Assembly: GCF_021869535.1 (NCBI RefSeq)
Contig: NW_026262637.1
Coordinates: forward strand, 8,494,001 to 8,558,000
Reading direction: 5' to 3'
DNA: 64,000 bases
Source: Mytilus californianus
Taxonomy: Eukaryota
The notes beneath the pieces are model-generated. The model was not told the origin of the DNA and made no database searches. It worked only from the letters and a program-made list of their open reading frames with translations. This document shows, in pieces, positions 1-10,865 of this stretch. Positions within the stretch are counted from its first letter, which is position 1. Every line of letters starts with the position of its first letter. The translations under genes and the position numbers were made by a program.

Positions 1-104
1 GACTGTTTGTATACAGGCAGGAATTCTTTTAAAAATGTTGCTGTGTAATTTGAAAGAGCTAAATTGAATGTGTCTACACACATGACATTAATATATGTGT
101 AGCT

Positions 105-369
105 CCTGCAAGTTTGCCGCAAGTTTGCAACAAACATTTGCCGCAAGCTTGCAGCAAACAATTGCCGCAAGCTTGCAGCAAACAATTGCCGCAAGCTTGC
201 CGCAAATCTAATTTGCATAATTTTGTTTGCAGCAAGCTTGCCGCAACCTTCATTTGCATGGTAAAATGGTTGCGGCAAGTTTGCAGCAAATGTTTGCCGC
301 AAGCTTGCGGCAATGTTTGCTGCAAACTTGCGGCAAATGTTTGCCACAGGGCTTATTTTTCGGTAAGGG
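105..369. mobile_element. Probable terminus of a CACTA/EnSpm-type DNA transposon; the rest would lie left of the window
   Basis: Dense array of TTGCCGCAAG(C/T)TTGCAGCAAAC-type motifs in both orientations (105-351), ending ...CACAGGGCTTATTTTTCGGTAAGGG (reverse complement starts CCCTTACCGAAAAA). This short CCC terminus plus palindromic subterminal array matches the architecture of the element at 43457-60170. The other end is not visible. Confidence 0.55.
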
Positions 370-682
370 GTGTCATTTCTAACAGTTTTTTACTTATCCC
401 TTGTTCAAATTTAATAACTCACAGTATTGATTTAGATACGAATTTTAAAATTCTATTTATAAATTATATATTCGACCATTTAAATGTATCGAGAGTGGAT
501 TATGTCAAAATAGAAAAAAAACAGTATTCGTGCGAGTATTATAATAATGATTCTTTCATTAAGTTTAGAGGCGCAAGCCCATTAATATTTGACGGATAAA
601 AATACTGTGTTATAAGATTGAGGAACAGTTATTTATAAATTGAAATTTGAATGAACAAATACTTATTATTAAAGATGGATTA

Positions 683-900
683 AAGATACCAAAAGGAACA
701 TTCATACTCTTAAGTCAAAAACTAACGGAAAAGGACATGGCATAAACCGAAAAACGACGTAAACATTAAGAAAAGTACACAAAAATCACAAAACAGAAAA
801 CTAAAGACTGCACAACATGAACCCTTTTAAAATTCGAAGGTATTCTCAGACGCTTTGAAAGGGTAACCAGATCTAGCTCAAAATGTGGCAACCGTAAAAT
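683..900 (-). repeat. Interspersed repeat similar to the tail region of the Penelope-like fragment at 32878-33150
   Basis: Shares AAGATACCAAA(A)GGAACA...ACTAAAGACT...CAGATC blocks with 32878-33070. Confidence 0.45.
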
Positions 901-1348
901 TGATGCACCTGATTCAAAACATTAACATTTGTGCACCTCATGCTTTTCATGTACAAAGATTACTGTTCACTATAATAAAAGGGTTGACCAAATAAATGCT
1001 TTGTTTCACATGAAATGTATCGAACGGGCACAAAATACAATTTAAATGTTTCCAAGCATATCAAAAAGTTTAACCGATTCAATACCAGTTACTTAATTCA
1101 CAGAATATAAAACCCTTCCGTCATTTCCGCCATTACAAAAACAAACAAATAAACTGGTTTAAACCATATGCATACCCATATGACAGTCTTCATTTTTATT
1201 CTGTTACGCAGTTCCTCAATTTATATAGTTTGTTTGATTATATTCTTTATCTGTTTATGTGTTCCAGTCTAGGAGGATTATTCACCTTTAACCTTATAAG
1301 AACTTGTAAGAATTTTATAACATCGTATCATCGTTACCTTTTCCCTTT

Positions 1349-1351
<3 letters not shown>

Positions 1352-1381
<30 letters not shown>

Positions 1382-2230
1382 GTAATTTGTGGGTGGGGCT
1401 TATCTCGCCCTTTATTTTATAACACCAAGTTGTATTTCTGGCATAGTTCTTGCATGTCATCTATTCTACTTTCGCTAAAGAGAAAGTTCTTTTTGTCTCT
1501 AATGTCTGGCCAGGTATTGAAGTTTTTACTGATTTCGGCGTAAAATTCAGGATTTTTTTTCTTTTTGACGTCTTTGTATGCCTGTAATGTGTCTGAAAAC
1601 ACCAGGACATACATGTCTTTTCTCTTCAACTTCAGTATGTAAGTTCTCTGTGGATGGTCGAAAACTATCTTTTCTACCTCATGGCTTTCTTGCTGTACCC
1701 TTTCCTTTCCTGTCGTGCTGGGTGGTGGTCGACCCTCGGCACCTTTAGTGCAGGCGGGATCTTCTTGTAAATCTTGTACAGCTTCAACTGATGGAGGTAG
1801 ATCTCTGCATTCGGTTGATGTGGTTTCCGGTAATTCCTGTACTTCCACGTCTCCCATGTCGGTTGGAGCGGGTGTGCCTATCTCCTCTGGGTTTGATGAA
1901 GTTTCATCCGCATCGGACTTCTTCTTCTGGATAAAAGCTTTGAGGCGGCGAGTATTTCTCTCTGTCCGTGCTTTCGATGATTTCTTTTTCTTTGTCGTCT
2001 CTCTTTGAGTGGTAACCTTTCCTAATGGCGGCCATCTAACTGTTAGAGTGTACTGTCCATTCCTTCTGGTTAAAGTCCAGTCGGCGGTTGTACTTCCCAC
2101 CACAGCTAGTACCGATGTAACATCATCGGGTAGAGGTAGAGTATGTTCTTGGCATGATTCACGTGAAGTCATTTCACCATATTACAAGACATCATAAACA
2201 CGTCCGTCCAGGTGAAAATCTACTCACTTG
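1352..2230 (-). mobile_element. Retroposed, polyadenylated, protein-coding insert (retrocopy or non-autonomous non-LTR element)
   Basis: Perfect 17-bp TSD TACCTTTTCCCTTTCTT at 1335-1351 and 2231-2247. Pure poly(T) to 1377, i.e. a poly(A) tail on the minus strand. AATAAA on minus at 1411-1416. The empty site is visible in the LTR copy at 20941-20960. Confidence 0.9.
1417..2172 (-). CDS. Intronless 251-aa orphan protein: basic N-terminal helix, acidic/Pro-rich linker, predicted globular C-terminal ~85 aa
   Basis: Uninterrupted ORF filling most of the insert, with its stop codon directly followed by AATAAA. Visibly more GC-rich than the flanks. No family recognised. Confidence 0.8.
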   Translation of the reverse strand: MTSRESCQEHTLPLPDDVTSVLAVVGSTTADWTLTRRNGQYTLTVRWPPLGKVTTQRETTKKKKSSKARTERNTRRLKAFIQKKKSDADETSSNPEEIGTPAPTDMGDVEVQELPETTSTECRDLPPSVEAVQDLQEDPACTKGAEGRPPPSTTGKERVQQESHEVEKIVFDHPQRTYILKLKRKDMYVLVFSDTLQAYKDVKKKKNPEFYAEISKNFNTWPDIRDKKNFLFSESRIDDMQELCQKYNLVL

Positions 2231-3155
2231 TACCTTTTCCCTTTCTTACACGTTCTCGAACTGAATTGGAAGGTCATCCCAGTACTGGAGAACATTTACG
2301 GATACGCGGGTATGTTAAGGCAATTTTTTCAGGGGCAAATAACTCTTGTGATGCTCATGAATATTAATGATCAACGTTGCGTCTCCATAGTGACGACACT
2401 GTCCGCTTCATATCTCTGGTCATCAATCGCTCTCGTATTTTGTTCTTTTTATTGATAAACTATGCAGAATTAGATAAATAATGATAATTTGTTGTAATTA
2501 AAAACCATATATCACATTATTTTACAAGCCATAACTTGTATTGTATGAAAATTTTCTTGTCGATCTCGCAACGGAGGCGTGGCTTATTTTCCTTATTTGG
2601 AAAACCGATTCAACAGGAAGCTTGAAATCCACATGTTTTGAACGGACGGATTGTTTTTGTTGCATGAGGCGAAGAATGGCTCATGTACCCAAGGATTTCA
2701 GCATACAAGCAGAATCGTACGACATAACTTGACTATGAGTAAGTATTCGGTCGTCTTTTTGCTGTTTTCTGTAGCCGACTATCTTCATTTTGACAAAAAT
2801 CTACCCTTGAAGTTGCATCTTCTCCCCCTTTTTTCCATCTGTTCAGTAGAATTTAGAAATTATCCCTGAACCAAGGATTTGTATAGTATACTATGCCTGA
2901 ACTATCTTAAATGCAAGTCCATTGATGGTCCACAGTGTTTATGTGCAATTTAGATGAAGTTTTAGAATACCCATGAGTTGTCCTGGAAATTTGTTATGCT
3001 ATAGTTACACTTTTTGATATAAAAACAAATTAATGTGCTCTAGCCTATTCCATGGTTGGCCAGTTGACATTCAATCTGTTTGAATTCATGAATCATGGAT
3101 ATTATTTCTTTTGAGAGCGAGTTATATCAGAACATGAGATTGGCAACTCTGATAA

Positions 3156-4436
3156 GGGGACGACCATTTGATATTCTGGGGGGGGCCAGGAGGATTTTGA
3201 AAATAAATAACTCAGCCTTGATAATCACAAAAATAAATGGTTTGTTCTGTGGTAGTTTGAAAATAAATTACTTGATTTGCAATGTATTGAAAATAAATAA
3301 CTCAGCAGGTCTAATCGAAAGTATGAGATGGCACCAGATTCTTCATAAATTCATCTTTTTTCCAAAAAAAAAATCGGGAAACACTTCCCATATCTTTTAA
3401 TAATAAAAGTATAAATATTATTTAAATATACTTGAAATGTCAGAAAATTGGTTTCATATAACTTGAGGTTAATTGTCTCAGGAACACTTACCTCACTTTT
3501 ATTAAATCAGGGCCGTAACTACATTGAGACAAATGCCTCATGTAGGAAATTTCAAAACCAAACGCTCGTCTCCATATCAAATTGTGTTCACCGTGAGTGC
3601 CTTGCAAGAAGCAAGTTCTGTTCTCCCTCAGACGTAGCCCCTGATTTTTTTTATTTGTCTTTTGTTCATTGATTGCCCTTCTGTATTCTGTTAGTGTTGC
3701 ATTCATTTTGTAATTTAGTAATTTTATTATTAACTTGATCATGAGTTTAAAAAAAACACAGCAGCCACAGACTTAACTATGTGAATTACATTTTTGCTTT
3801 ATCATGCATATTTGTCTTTTGATGTTGTCCCTAGAAACTTAAGTCTTACACTGAATCTATAACGTGATTTTGCTTTGAGACTAAAATATTGTCAAAAAAT
3901 TATTAAAACAGAACTTGCATTTTCAGTTTAAGAAAGGGTCTGGGGAACACCCAGAAAGCATGATTTTGCATCATTTGTTCTATAGCTTCTTGGGCCTTCA
4001 GCGGTTCAAAAACCCTTCAAAAAAAATTTTGCCTCGCTCTGCTCGGCAAAACATGTTTGCCAATATTTTGTTAAAAGAGCCTTAGTTACAACCAAACTTT
4101 AATACTGTGTATGTATGCAATACATGTACATGCATTGGGGAATATAGAAGATTCATTTCTGCAGAGGATAATAATTAATTCTGATTAAATGGTACATAAT
4201 GACTTGACTATACATGTATTATTTATAATAAACAAATAATTTAAAAATTGTATGTTTTTGAATATTATAAATATAGTTGTGAAAATAAATAATCAGTCCC
4301 TTGCTTTAATGAAAATGAAAAATCTTGCTTCAATAGTGCAGAAAATAGATAATCTGTCCTCTTAGTTTACAAAAATAAATAACCGATCCAAAACAAATCC
4401 TCCTGGCCCCCCCCAGAATATCAAATGGTCGTCCCC
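3156..4436. mobile_element. Non-autonomous DNA transposon (MITE) with a 3-bp TAA TSD (PIF/Harbinger- or Zator-type)
   Basis: 42-bp perfect TIR GGGGACGACCATTTGATATTCTGGGGGGGGCCAGGAGGATTT. TAA at 3153-3155 and 4437-4439. Subterminal AAAATAAAT repeats at both ends. Confidence 0.85.
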
Positions 4437-5680
4437 TAACAAGTTGACTGGTCTAAAATGAATCTGAAGGCAACTGTAGAAGAAGAACACACTAGACTGA
4501 ATTTTCTACATAGACCCTACCTCAATATTATCAATATAAACTCTATTGAGCACCTTTATTATCACAGAGTTTATAACTTCGCAGACAGTGTGTAGGCAAG
4601 ACACTGCCAGATGTTTTGAAGTTATCTATGTACATGTTCAAACCACACTTTCCCTCAATTTCAAAGCTGCATCATGCAAGGTCAGTTTTTAGACATGCCA
4701 AAACAACAAAAATTCTAGATTTTTATTCACTTAAAGACTTGAAAGACTTAAAATTAAGTGTAACTGTATGCTGATTGATTTTTTATTCTTTGGCTACCGC
4801 AGGCCAGATTCTTATTTTCTAAAGAAAATTCTGCATAGTACGTATACCTATTCGTCTGTCGTGTACAAAAAAAATGTAGTACTTACTAAATAGAAATTCT
4901 GAGAGACCTAAAAGAAGTTTTTTAAAAACCTGGGCTGTTGGTCCTGTGCCCAAATGTAAATCTTATATATACAAATGTATATACCCTTATTTTATTCTGT
5001 ATGCTACTTTGTACATCTGTACATGTTGTAGTTCTTTAATATGTATATGAATAAAAGGAGATGTAGGGTAGGGTGTACATTGTTCATTGTTTGTGTACAT
5101 AATCATACATCATGAGACAGCTACTGAAGTTCTTTCTGTTCGACATGTTGTACTACCAGAATAAAGTTCATTTTTGTTTCATTCTGTTTAATTATATAAC
5201 AGTCTGTATGAAATATGTTACATGTATCAAAAGGGAAAATAAATATTATAATTATTCAGCCTAAGGCTAAATTGATGTCATGTATGTCACATGGAGGTGT
5301 CTTCGAAAAATATTGAAAAACAAATGTCACCCACGGAATCAGACAAGTATCAAATAAAAAAGATTTACATTTGTATCTAGCTTTCCTCTCTTACATAATA
5401 ATATAGAATAAGTAATATCAAAACTGGAAAACATATTATGATTGCCAACAATTCACAGCATGAACAGATCCAAATGAAGTAGAAGTTAACATCTATAGGT
5501 CACAGTGTTCTCCCCAGACACTTTATTTAGCATCTTGGTAAACTGGGAAATTAGAAATATCATCTTGTTAAGGTTTTTGTTTTATGTCACTTATATATAT
5601 GACAATATAGAATTATTATTATAAAAATTATAGCATCACATTGATATTAAACATTATCTATACAAAAACTAATTCAGATA

Positions 5681-5840
5681 CAGAGGCGGATTCAATGGGG
5701 GGTCCTGGGCGCACCTTTTCTGGGGAAAATTTGGTTGTTTATATATATAGGAAATCACTGAAGCATAACTTGAGCAGGCCCCTTCTTAGGCAGTCTGTGC
5801 AGTGGGCCCCAACTTATGAAAATTTCTGGATCCGCCACTG
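5681..5840. mobile_element. Short CAG...CTG MITE with a 5-bp TSD (hAT5-like)
   Basis: Ends CAGAGGCGGATTCA and TGGATCCGCCACTG, with AGATA on both sides (5676-5680, 5841-5845). Confidence 0.75.
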
Positions 5841-5929
5841 AGATAGCATCACGTTCAAGAAATAAAGTATCACATGATGCTGAAGACCCTCGGGATCGCG
5901 AACGCTGGGTTGCTGTATGGCTTTTAATG

Positions 5930-6072
5930 CTAATTTGGTATAGGGGCCCCCCTTTTGTTGGAAAAATTTGGTTGATTATATAGAGAATCATGACTGGAGT
6001 GGACCCCCCCTTAGGTCAGTCAGCAGCCCCCCCCCCCCCCCCCCCTAATGTAAAGTTCTGGATCCGCCACTG
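5930..6072. mobile_element. Partial second copy of the same GGATCCGCCACTG MITE family
   Basis: Shares GAAAATTTGGTTG...TATATAG and the terminal TTCTGGATCCGCCACTG with 5681-5840. The left end is not found. Confidence 0.5.
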
Positions 6073-6282
6073 GTCCTATATATAGATTCGGAAAAGGCGA
6101 ATTATCTACCTAAAACCTTTTTTTTTCAACTTGGAGGCTGGAAACAAGCATTAGTTTAAATTTGTTTTGGCCTGAAGAAAATTAAATTAACAATTTTTTT
6201 TTTGCAAAAACTTGTTATATTGAATGTTAGGGACTGTTTTACAAAAATGTTAGGTGGATAGTGTTCAGTTTTTAACACACCA

Positions 6283-6925
6283 TTTTCAGCTCACCGGGGC
6301 CCTTCGGGCCCCATGTGAGCCTATGCCATCAATTGGCGTCCGTGGTCTGTCGTCGTAAACTATTTCAAAAATCTTCTCCTCTGAAACTACTGGGCCAAAT
6401 ACCTTCAAACTTGAACCAAATGTTCCTTAGGGTATCTTGTTTATAAATTGTATCCCAAGTTTTGATCCATCTACAAACATGGCCGCCATGGCTAAAAATA
6501 GAACATAGGGGTCAAATGCAGTTTTTGGCTTGTATCTCAAAAACTAAAGCTTTTAGAGCAAATCTGACGTGGGGTAAAATTGTTCAATTGGTCAAGATCT
6601 TTCAGCTCTGAAATTTTCAGACGAATCGAACAACCCATTGTTGGGTTGCTGCCACCGATTTGGTAGTTTTAACAAAATTTTGCAGTTTTTTTGTTATTAT
6701 TTTGAATATTATTATAGATATATATAAACTGTAAGCAGCAATAATCTTCAGCAAAGTAAGATCTACAAAAAAGTTAAAATGACCATAATTGTCAATTGAC
6801 CCCTTAAGGAGTTATTGCCCTTTAAAGACAATTTTACACAATTTGTTCATCAAGTTTGCTAACATTTAAAAATCTTCTCCTCTGAAATACAGGTGAGCGA
6901 TTCAGGCTCTTGAGAGCCTCTTGTT
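6283..6925 (+). mobile_element. Helentron/HINE (pearl-like) non-autonomous element
   Basis: 5' TTTTCAGCTCACC with a palindrome, GTCGTCGT microsatellite, 3' inverted GGTGAGCG, then hairpin AGGCTCTTGAGAGCCT and TTGTT. Inserted in a T-rich site. Confidence 0.8.
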
Positions 6926-7075
6926 TCACAGAATTATTGCATGTATACTTGGAATACAATATAAATCATAAATGTTTATATATGAAAAATATTTGTATCT
7001 GTAATACTGCTTACTGGATGGGTTCTTTTTTTTGTGTGTACACAATTGTAAATTGTTTCTTTTTTATTATTACAG

Positions 7076-7540
7076 GTTCAAGATGACAATGATGAGAACA
7101 AAGATAAGCCTAACACGTACATTGCAATAAGTGTCTGTGACTGCAGAATGTATGAACAGTTGGTAATCCACAAGCTTTGTGTCAAAATACGTCTTTTTCA
7201 ACACATATATCTATTGTCATCCAGAAAACATGGAAAACAATGTGTTCAGGGCAATATAACTTTTTGAAATGGAATAAAGTTAACTTTCCAACCAGATATT
7301 CCACAGTGTGATCATGGTGATGTCAAACAGCATGTTAAAAATGGTTAAAAAAAATCTAGTAAGATTCAGCTTAAAGGTTAAAGGAGGAACCAGTTATTGA
7401 CACCCACCATTTCTTGCCTGTTTTTCTGGAGAGAAAGAAAACCCTCCATTAATAGAATGTAGAAAGTGAAAGATATGGCTAATTGACTGTTTAATTTTAA
7501 AATTAATGGAACCTACAGATGGAAACGTGTGTAAAGCAAA
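7076..7540 (+). pseudogene. Decayed coding remnant, possibly a transposase C-terminus with a PHD-like finger
   Basis: Strong polypyrimidine/AG acceptor at 7075 opens VQDDNDENKDKPNTYIAISVCDCRMYEQL. Downstream CFSGEKENPPLIECRK*KIW resembles a PHD finger (I-x-C-x2-C-x2-W) if TGA replaced a Cys codon. Several stops and frameshifts. Confidence 0.3.
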
Positions 7541-8165
7541 AACTTCATTCAATCTATAAAGTAATTCAACATCTTGTAGCAGCCTCGTAGTGATCGTTCT
7601 ACAGCAGTACAGGTTGATCTAAAGTGAACAGTTCTAACTTTCAACACAGAGATTAATCTAAACAAGTACAATTTGATCAAAAAAGAATTTGTACACATAT
7701 ACATTGTATATGTATAGTGGAAAAATTACATGTGCAATTAATTACAAACAGAAGACCAACATAAAAGGGCTAAAAGTTATAGATATCTGTAAATTTACAT
7801 AAGAACAGCAGTATCAACATTTGAACAGTAACTTCATCCATTAATTTTTTGTCAAGCTTGTGTATCAAAACATTAATTTGATTAAATATTTCTTTTTATG
7901 CACTGTATTTACAATTTCATGAGTAAGTAGGTCAGATCGATTTCAGATTTTTATGAAAGTTATTGGGTCCTTCATCACAATTAGTCATAGGTCACTGTAC
8001 AGCTTTCAACAATGAGTAAAACTCTTATCATGTGCATTTATACATATAATTACCTGAGTTATGCTACATTAAATACACAAATTAAAAATAAAGACAGACA
8101 GCAACCAAAAAGAACAACATCAGCTTTAGCTTGAGAGACTGGCATATAAAATGTGACATAGTAAT

Positions 8166-8285
8166 AAAATTGAGAATGGAAATGGGGAATGTGTCAAAGA
8201 GACAACAACCCGACCACAGAACAGACAACAACAGAAGGTCACCAATAGGTCTTCAATGCAGCGAGAAATTCCAGCACCCGCACTA
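8166..8285 (+). repeat. Abundant mussel-type interspersed repeat (AAAATTGAGAATGGAAATGGGGAATGTGTCAAAGAGACAAC family)
   Basis: Related copies at ~13090-13150 and ~36655-36790 in this window. Confidence 0.6.
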
Positions 8286-8801
8286 TAGATTAAACATGTT
8301 TTTGAGAGTTTTACTGTGACATAAACATGATTAAGAAAGGGCATAAAATATCATGTACATGTACATGATGTATGGGTACAAAAAATGTACATATAAAAAT
8401 AAGAAAATGTGGTTTCATTGCTAAAAAGACAACTCTCCTCAACATAGACAAGCAACTAAATGATGTAGAAGTCAACAACTAAAGGTCAGTGTAAGGCCTA
8501 CAACTATGAGCAAAATTAAAACAACATAGCCATTTAGCTTAAATGCTCGTCTTGTAAATTGTACAGCTGCCTTTAACAATTGAGGGTGTTACAGTACAAA
8601 ATTCAATAAAAAGAAACCAGAAAAAAAGTTCAACCCTGAGAAATCCTAAGAAAATTGTGTAAATAATGACAAATGAAACATGCAGTGGTGGATCCAGGTT
8701 TAAAGTTTGAGATTCAGGTTGTTCAATAGGAGGCGGTACCCCGTACTTTTAATTCCCATGTTACAGAAAGTTTCATGCACATTCACCAGAATAATTTAGG
8801 A

Positions 8802-9883
8802 TTTTTGTCGAGCCTGCGACCTTTGTCGCAGAAAGCTCGACAAAGGGATAGTGATCTGGCGGCGGCGTTGTCGTTGGCTAACTTCTTAAAAGCTTTATAT
8901 TTTAGAAGGTGGAAGACCTGGATGCTTCATACTTTGTATATGGATGCCTCATGTTACGAAGTTTCTGTCAGTCACATGTCAAATGTCCTTGACCTCATTT
9001 TCATGGTTCAGTGACTACTTGAAAAAAAAGTTAAGATTTTTTGTAATATTAAATTTTCTCATATTATAAGTAATAGGATAACTATATTTGGTATGTGCGT
9101 ACCTTGCAAGGTCCTCATGCCCGTCAGACAGTTTTCACTTGACCTCGACCTCATTTCATGGATCAGTGAACAAGGTGAAGTTTTGGTGGTCAAGTCCATA
9201 TCTCAGATACAATAAGCAATAGGTCTAGTATATTCGTTGTATGGAAGCACTGTTAGGTGTACATGTCCAACTGGCAGGTGTCATCTGACCTTGACCTCAT
9301 TTTCATGGTTCAGTGGTTATAGTTAAGTTTTTTTTTTGGTCTGTGTTTCTTATACTGTATGCAATAGGTCTACTATATTTGGTGTATTGAATGATTTTAA
9401 GGTGTACATGTCTAGCTGTCCGGTGTCATCTAACCTTGACCTCATTTTCATGGTTCAGTGGTCAAAGTTAAGTTTTTTTTTTTTTTTTTTTTTTCTAATA
9501 CTATATGCAATAGGTCAACTATATTTGGTGTATGGAAATATTTTATGATCTATATGTCAGTCGCGCAGGTTTTATTTGACCATGACCTCATTTTCACGGT
9601 TCATTGCTCAGTGTTAAAGTTTTTGTTTTGGTCTGTTTTCTTAAACTATAAGCAATAGGTCAACTATATTTGTTGTATGGAAGAATTGTTAGCTGTACAT
9701 GTCTGCCTGGCATGGTTCATCTGACCTTGACCTCATTTTCATGGTTCATTGGTCAATGTTTAGTTTTCTTGGTACATGTTAATTTTATGTGACAGTTGTA
9801 ATAAAGCTTTATCTTTAAGACTATCAACATAATATCAATGATTAGTAAAGAAGGCGAGACATTTCAGCGTGTGCACTCTTGTT
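8802..9883 (+). mobile_element. Helentron/HINE-like element with ~6 internal ~146-bp tandem units
   Basis: 5' TTTTTGTCGAGC...GCTCGACAAA palindrome and GGCGGCGGCG stretch. GACCTCATTTTCATGG recurs at ~8991, 9148, 9293, 9439, 9583 and 9729. The 3' end is GGCGAGAC...CTCTTGTT. Confidence 0.8.
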
Positions 9884-10708
9884 TATATTTTTGTAATATA
9901 TTTAAAAGAATCTACTATAAGGTGAAAAATGTCAGTCAACATGAGAGATAATTAAAACCCAGCTGGTGACTAAGCTTAAGTATAGATATCAATGAATACC
10001 AGCAATTGACAAGTTCAAATTCCATGGACAATGCAGAAAAATAAAATAAATATATCAATAGCTCTGTAGCGAGCCAGGGGTTGACTAACCCAACAGAAAA
10101 CAAAATTTAAATCTCTGTATTCCAACCACTTGGAAAAGTATAAACTCTAGACTTACTGACAAGACTAAATAAATGATAAGTTGTTCTCCTGCTTTAATAA
10201 AAATCCGGACAATCAGATTATGAATTCAGCTAATGTATATATCCTGGTGAAAAGAACACCAAACAAGTTATATAAGTTTCCATTTTTTTTTATTATGTAT
10301 GTAGTTCACATACTAGTACATCAAATATGTATTTCACAGTTTGTACAGCAATTATAATATAATACCGAAAATTTTTAGCACCTCTCTAATCCTCTCTAAA
10401 CCAGTCCCGGAGTTCCAAATAAAAAATGTAGGAACTTGATCTTTTGAAAATATGTCAGTTTCAAAATTGGTACACAAAATACATTATTAATTGTCTTAAA
10501 ATTCATGGAAAATAGGAGGTAGTGATCTCAGTCCCATATAATACTCTATAAGGAAATGTACTGATATATATATGAACTTTTACACCTTTGAGTCTTGCTA
10601 TATAATTTACTTATTTAAACTAACATTTCTATATATATATAAAGTTTTAATAATTTCTATAGAAGATAATCAGAAACCTTTTATGATTAAGATAATTTAA
10701 GTATAGAA

Positions 10709-10865
10709 AACTGATTCCTTATCAGTTCAAAATATGTTTTAATTACTGTCAGGCCCTTCCTGATACAGTTAAAAATGTTGTTTAAAGAAATACTGTCAGG
10801 TCCTTCCTTACACAGTATTCCAAAAAAAAATATCAAGGCAACTGCCAGGTCCTTCCTGAAACAGT
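10709..10865. repeat. Three 25-bp hairpin-forming direct repeats with unique AT-rich spacers, plus one shorter related palindrome
   Basis: ACTGYCAGGYCCTTCCTKANACAGT at 10745-10769, 10792-10816 and 10841-10865 (spacers 22 and 24 nt). AACTGATTCCTTATCAGTT at 10709-10727. Confidence 0.7.

Larger units (their letters stand above)
1205..2300 (+). mobile_element. BEL/Pao LTR copy interrupted by the retroposed insert
   Basis: 1205-1351 joined to 2248-2299 aligns with 20811-21009, with about 9 substitutions and 1 indel over ~200 bp by eye. Confidence 0.75.

Noticed and set aside
74-599. ORFs 74-325 and 114-599 with repeated LPQACSK/LQACG peptides
   Set aside because: They are translations of the palindromic subterminal DNA repeat array, not genes, even though QAC resembles a caspase motif.
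10745-10865. CRISPR array call
   Set aside because: Eukaryotic context, only three repeats, low-complexity spacers and no cas genes. Kept only as an unexplained repeat cluster.
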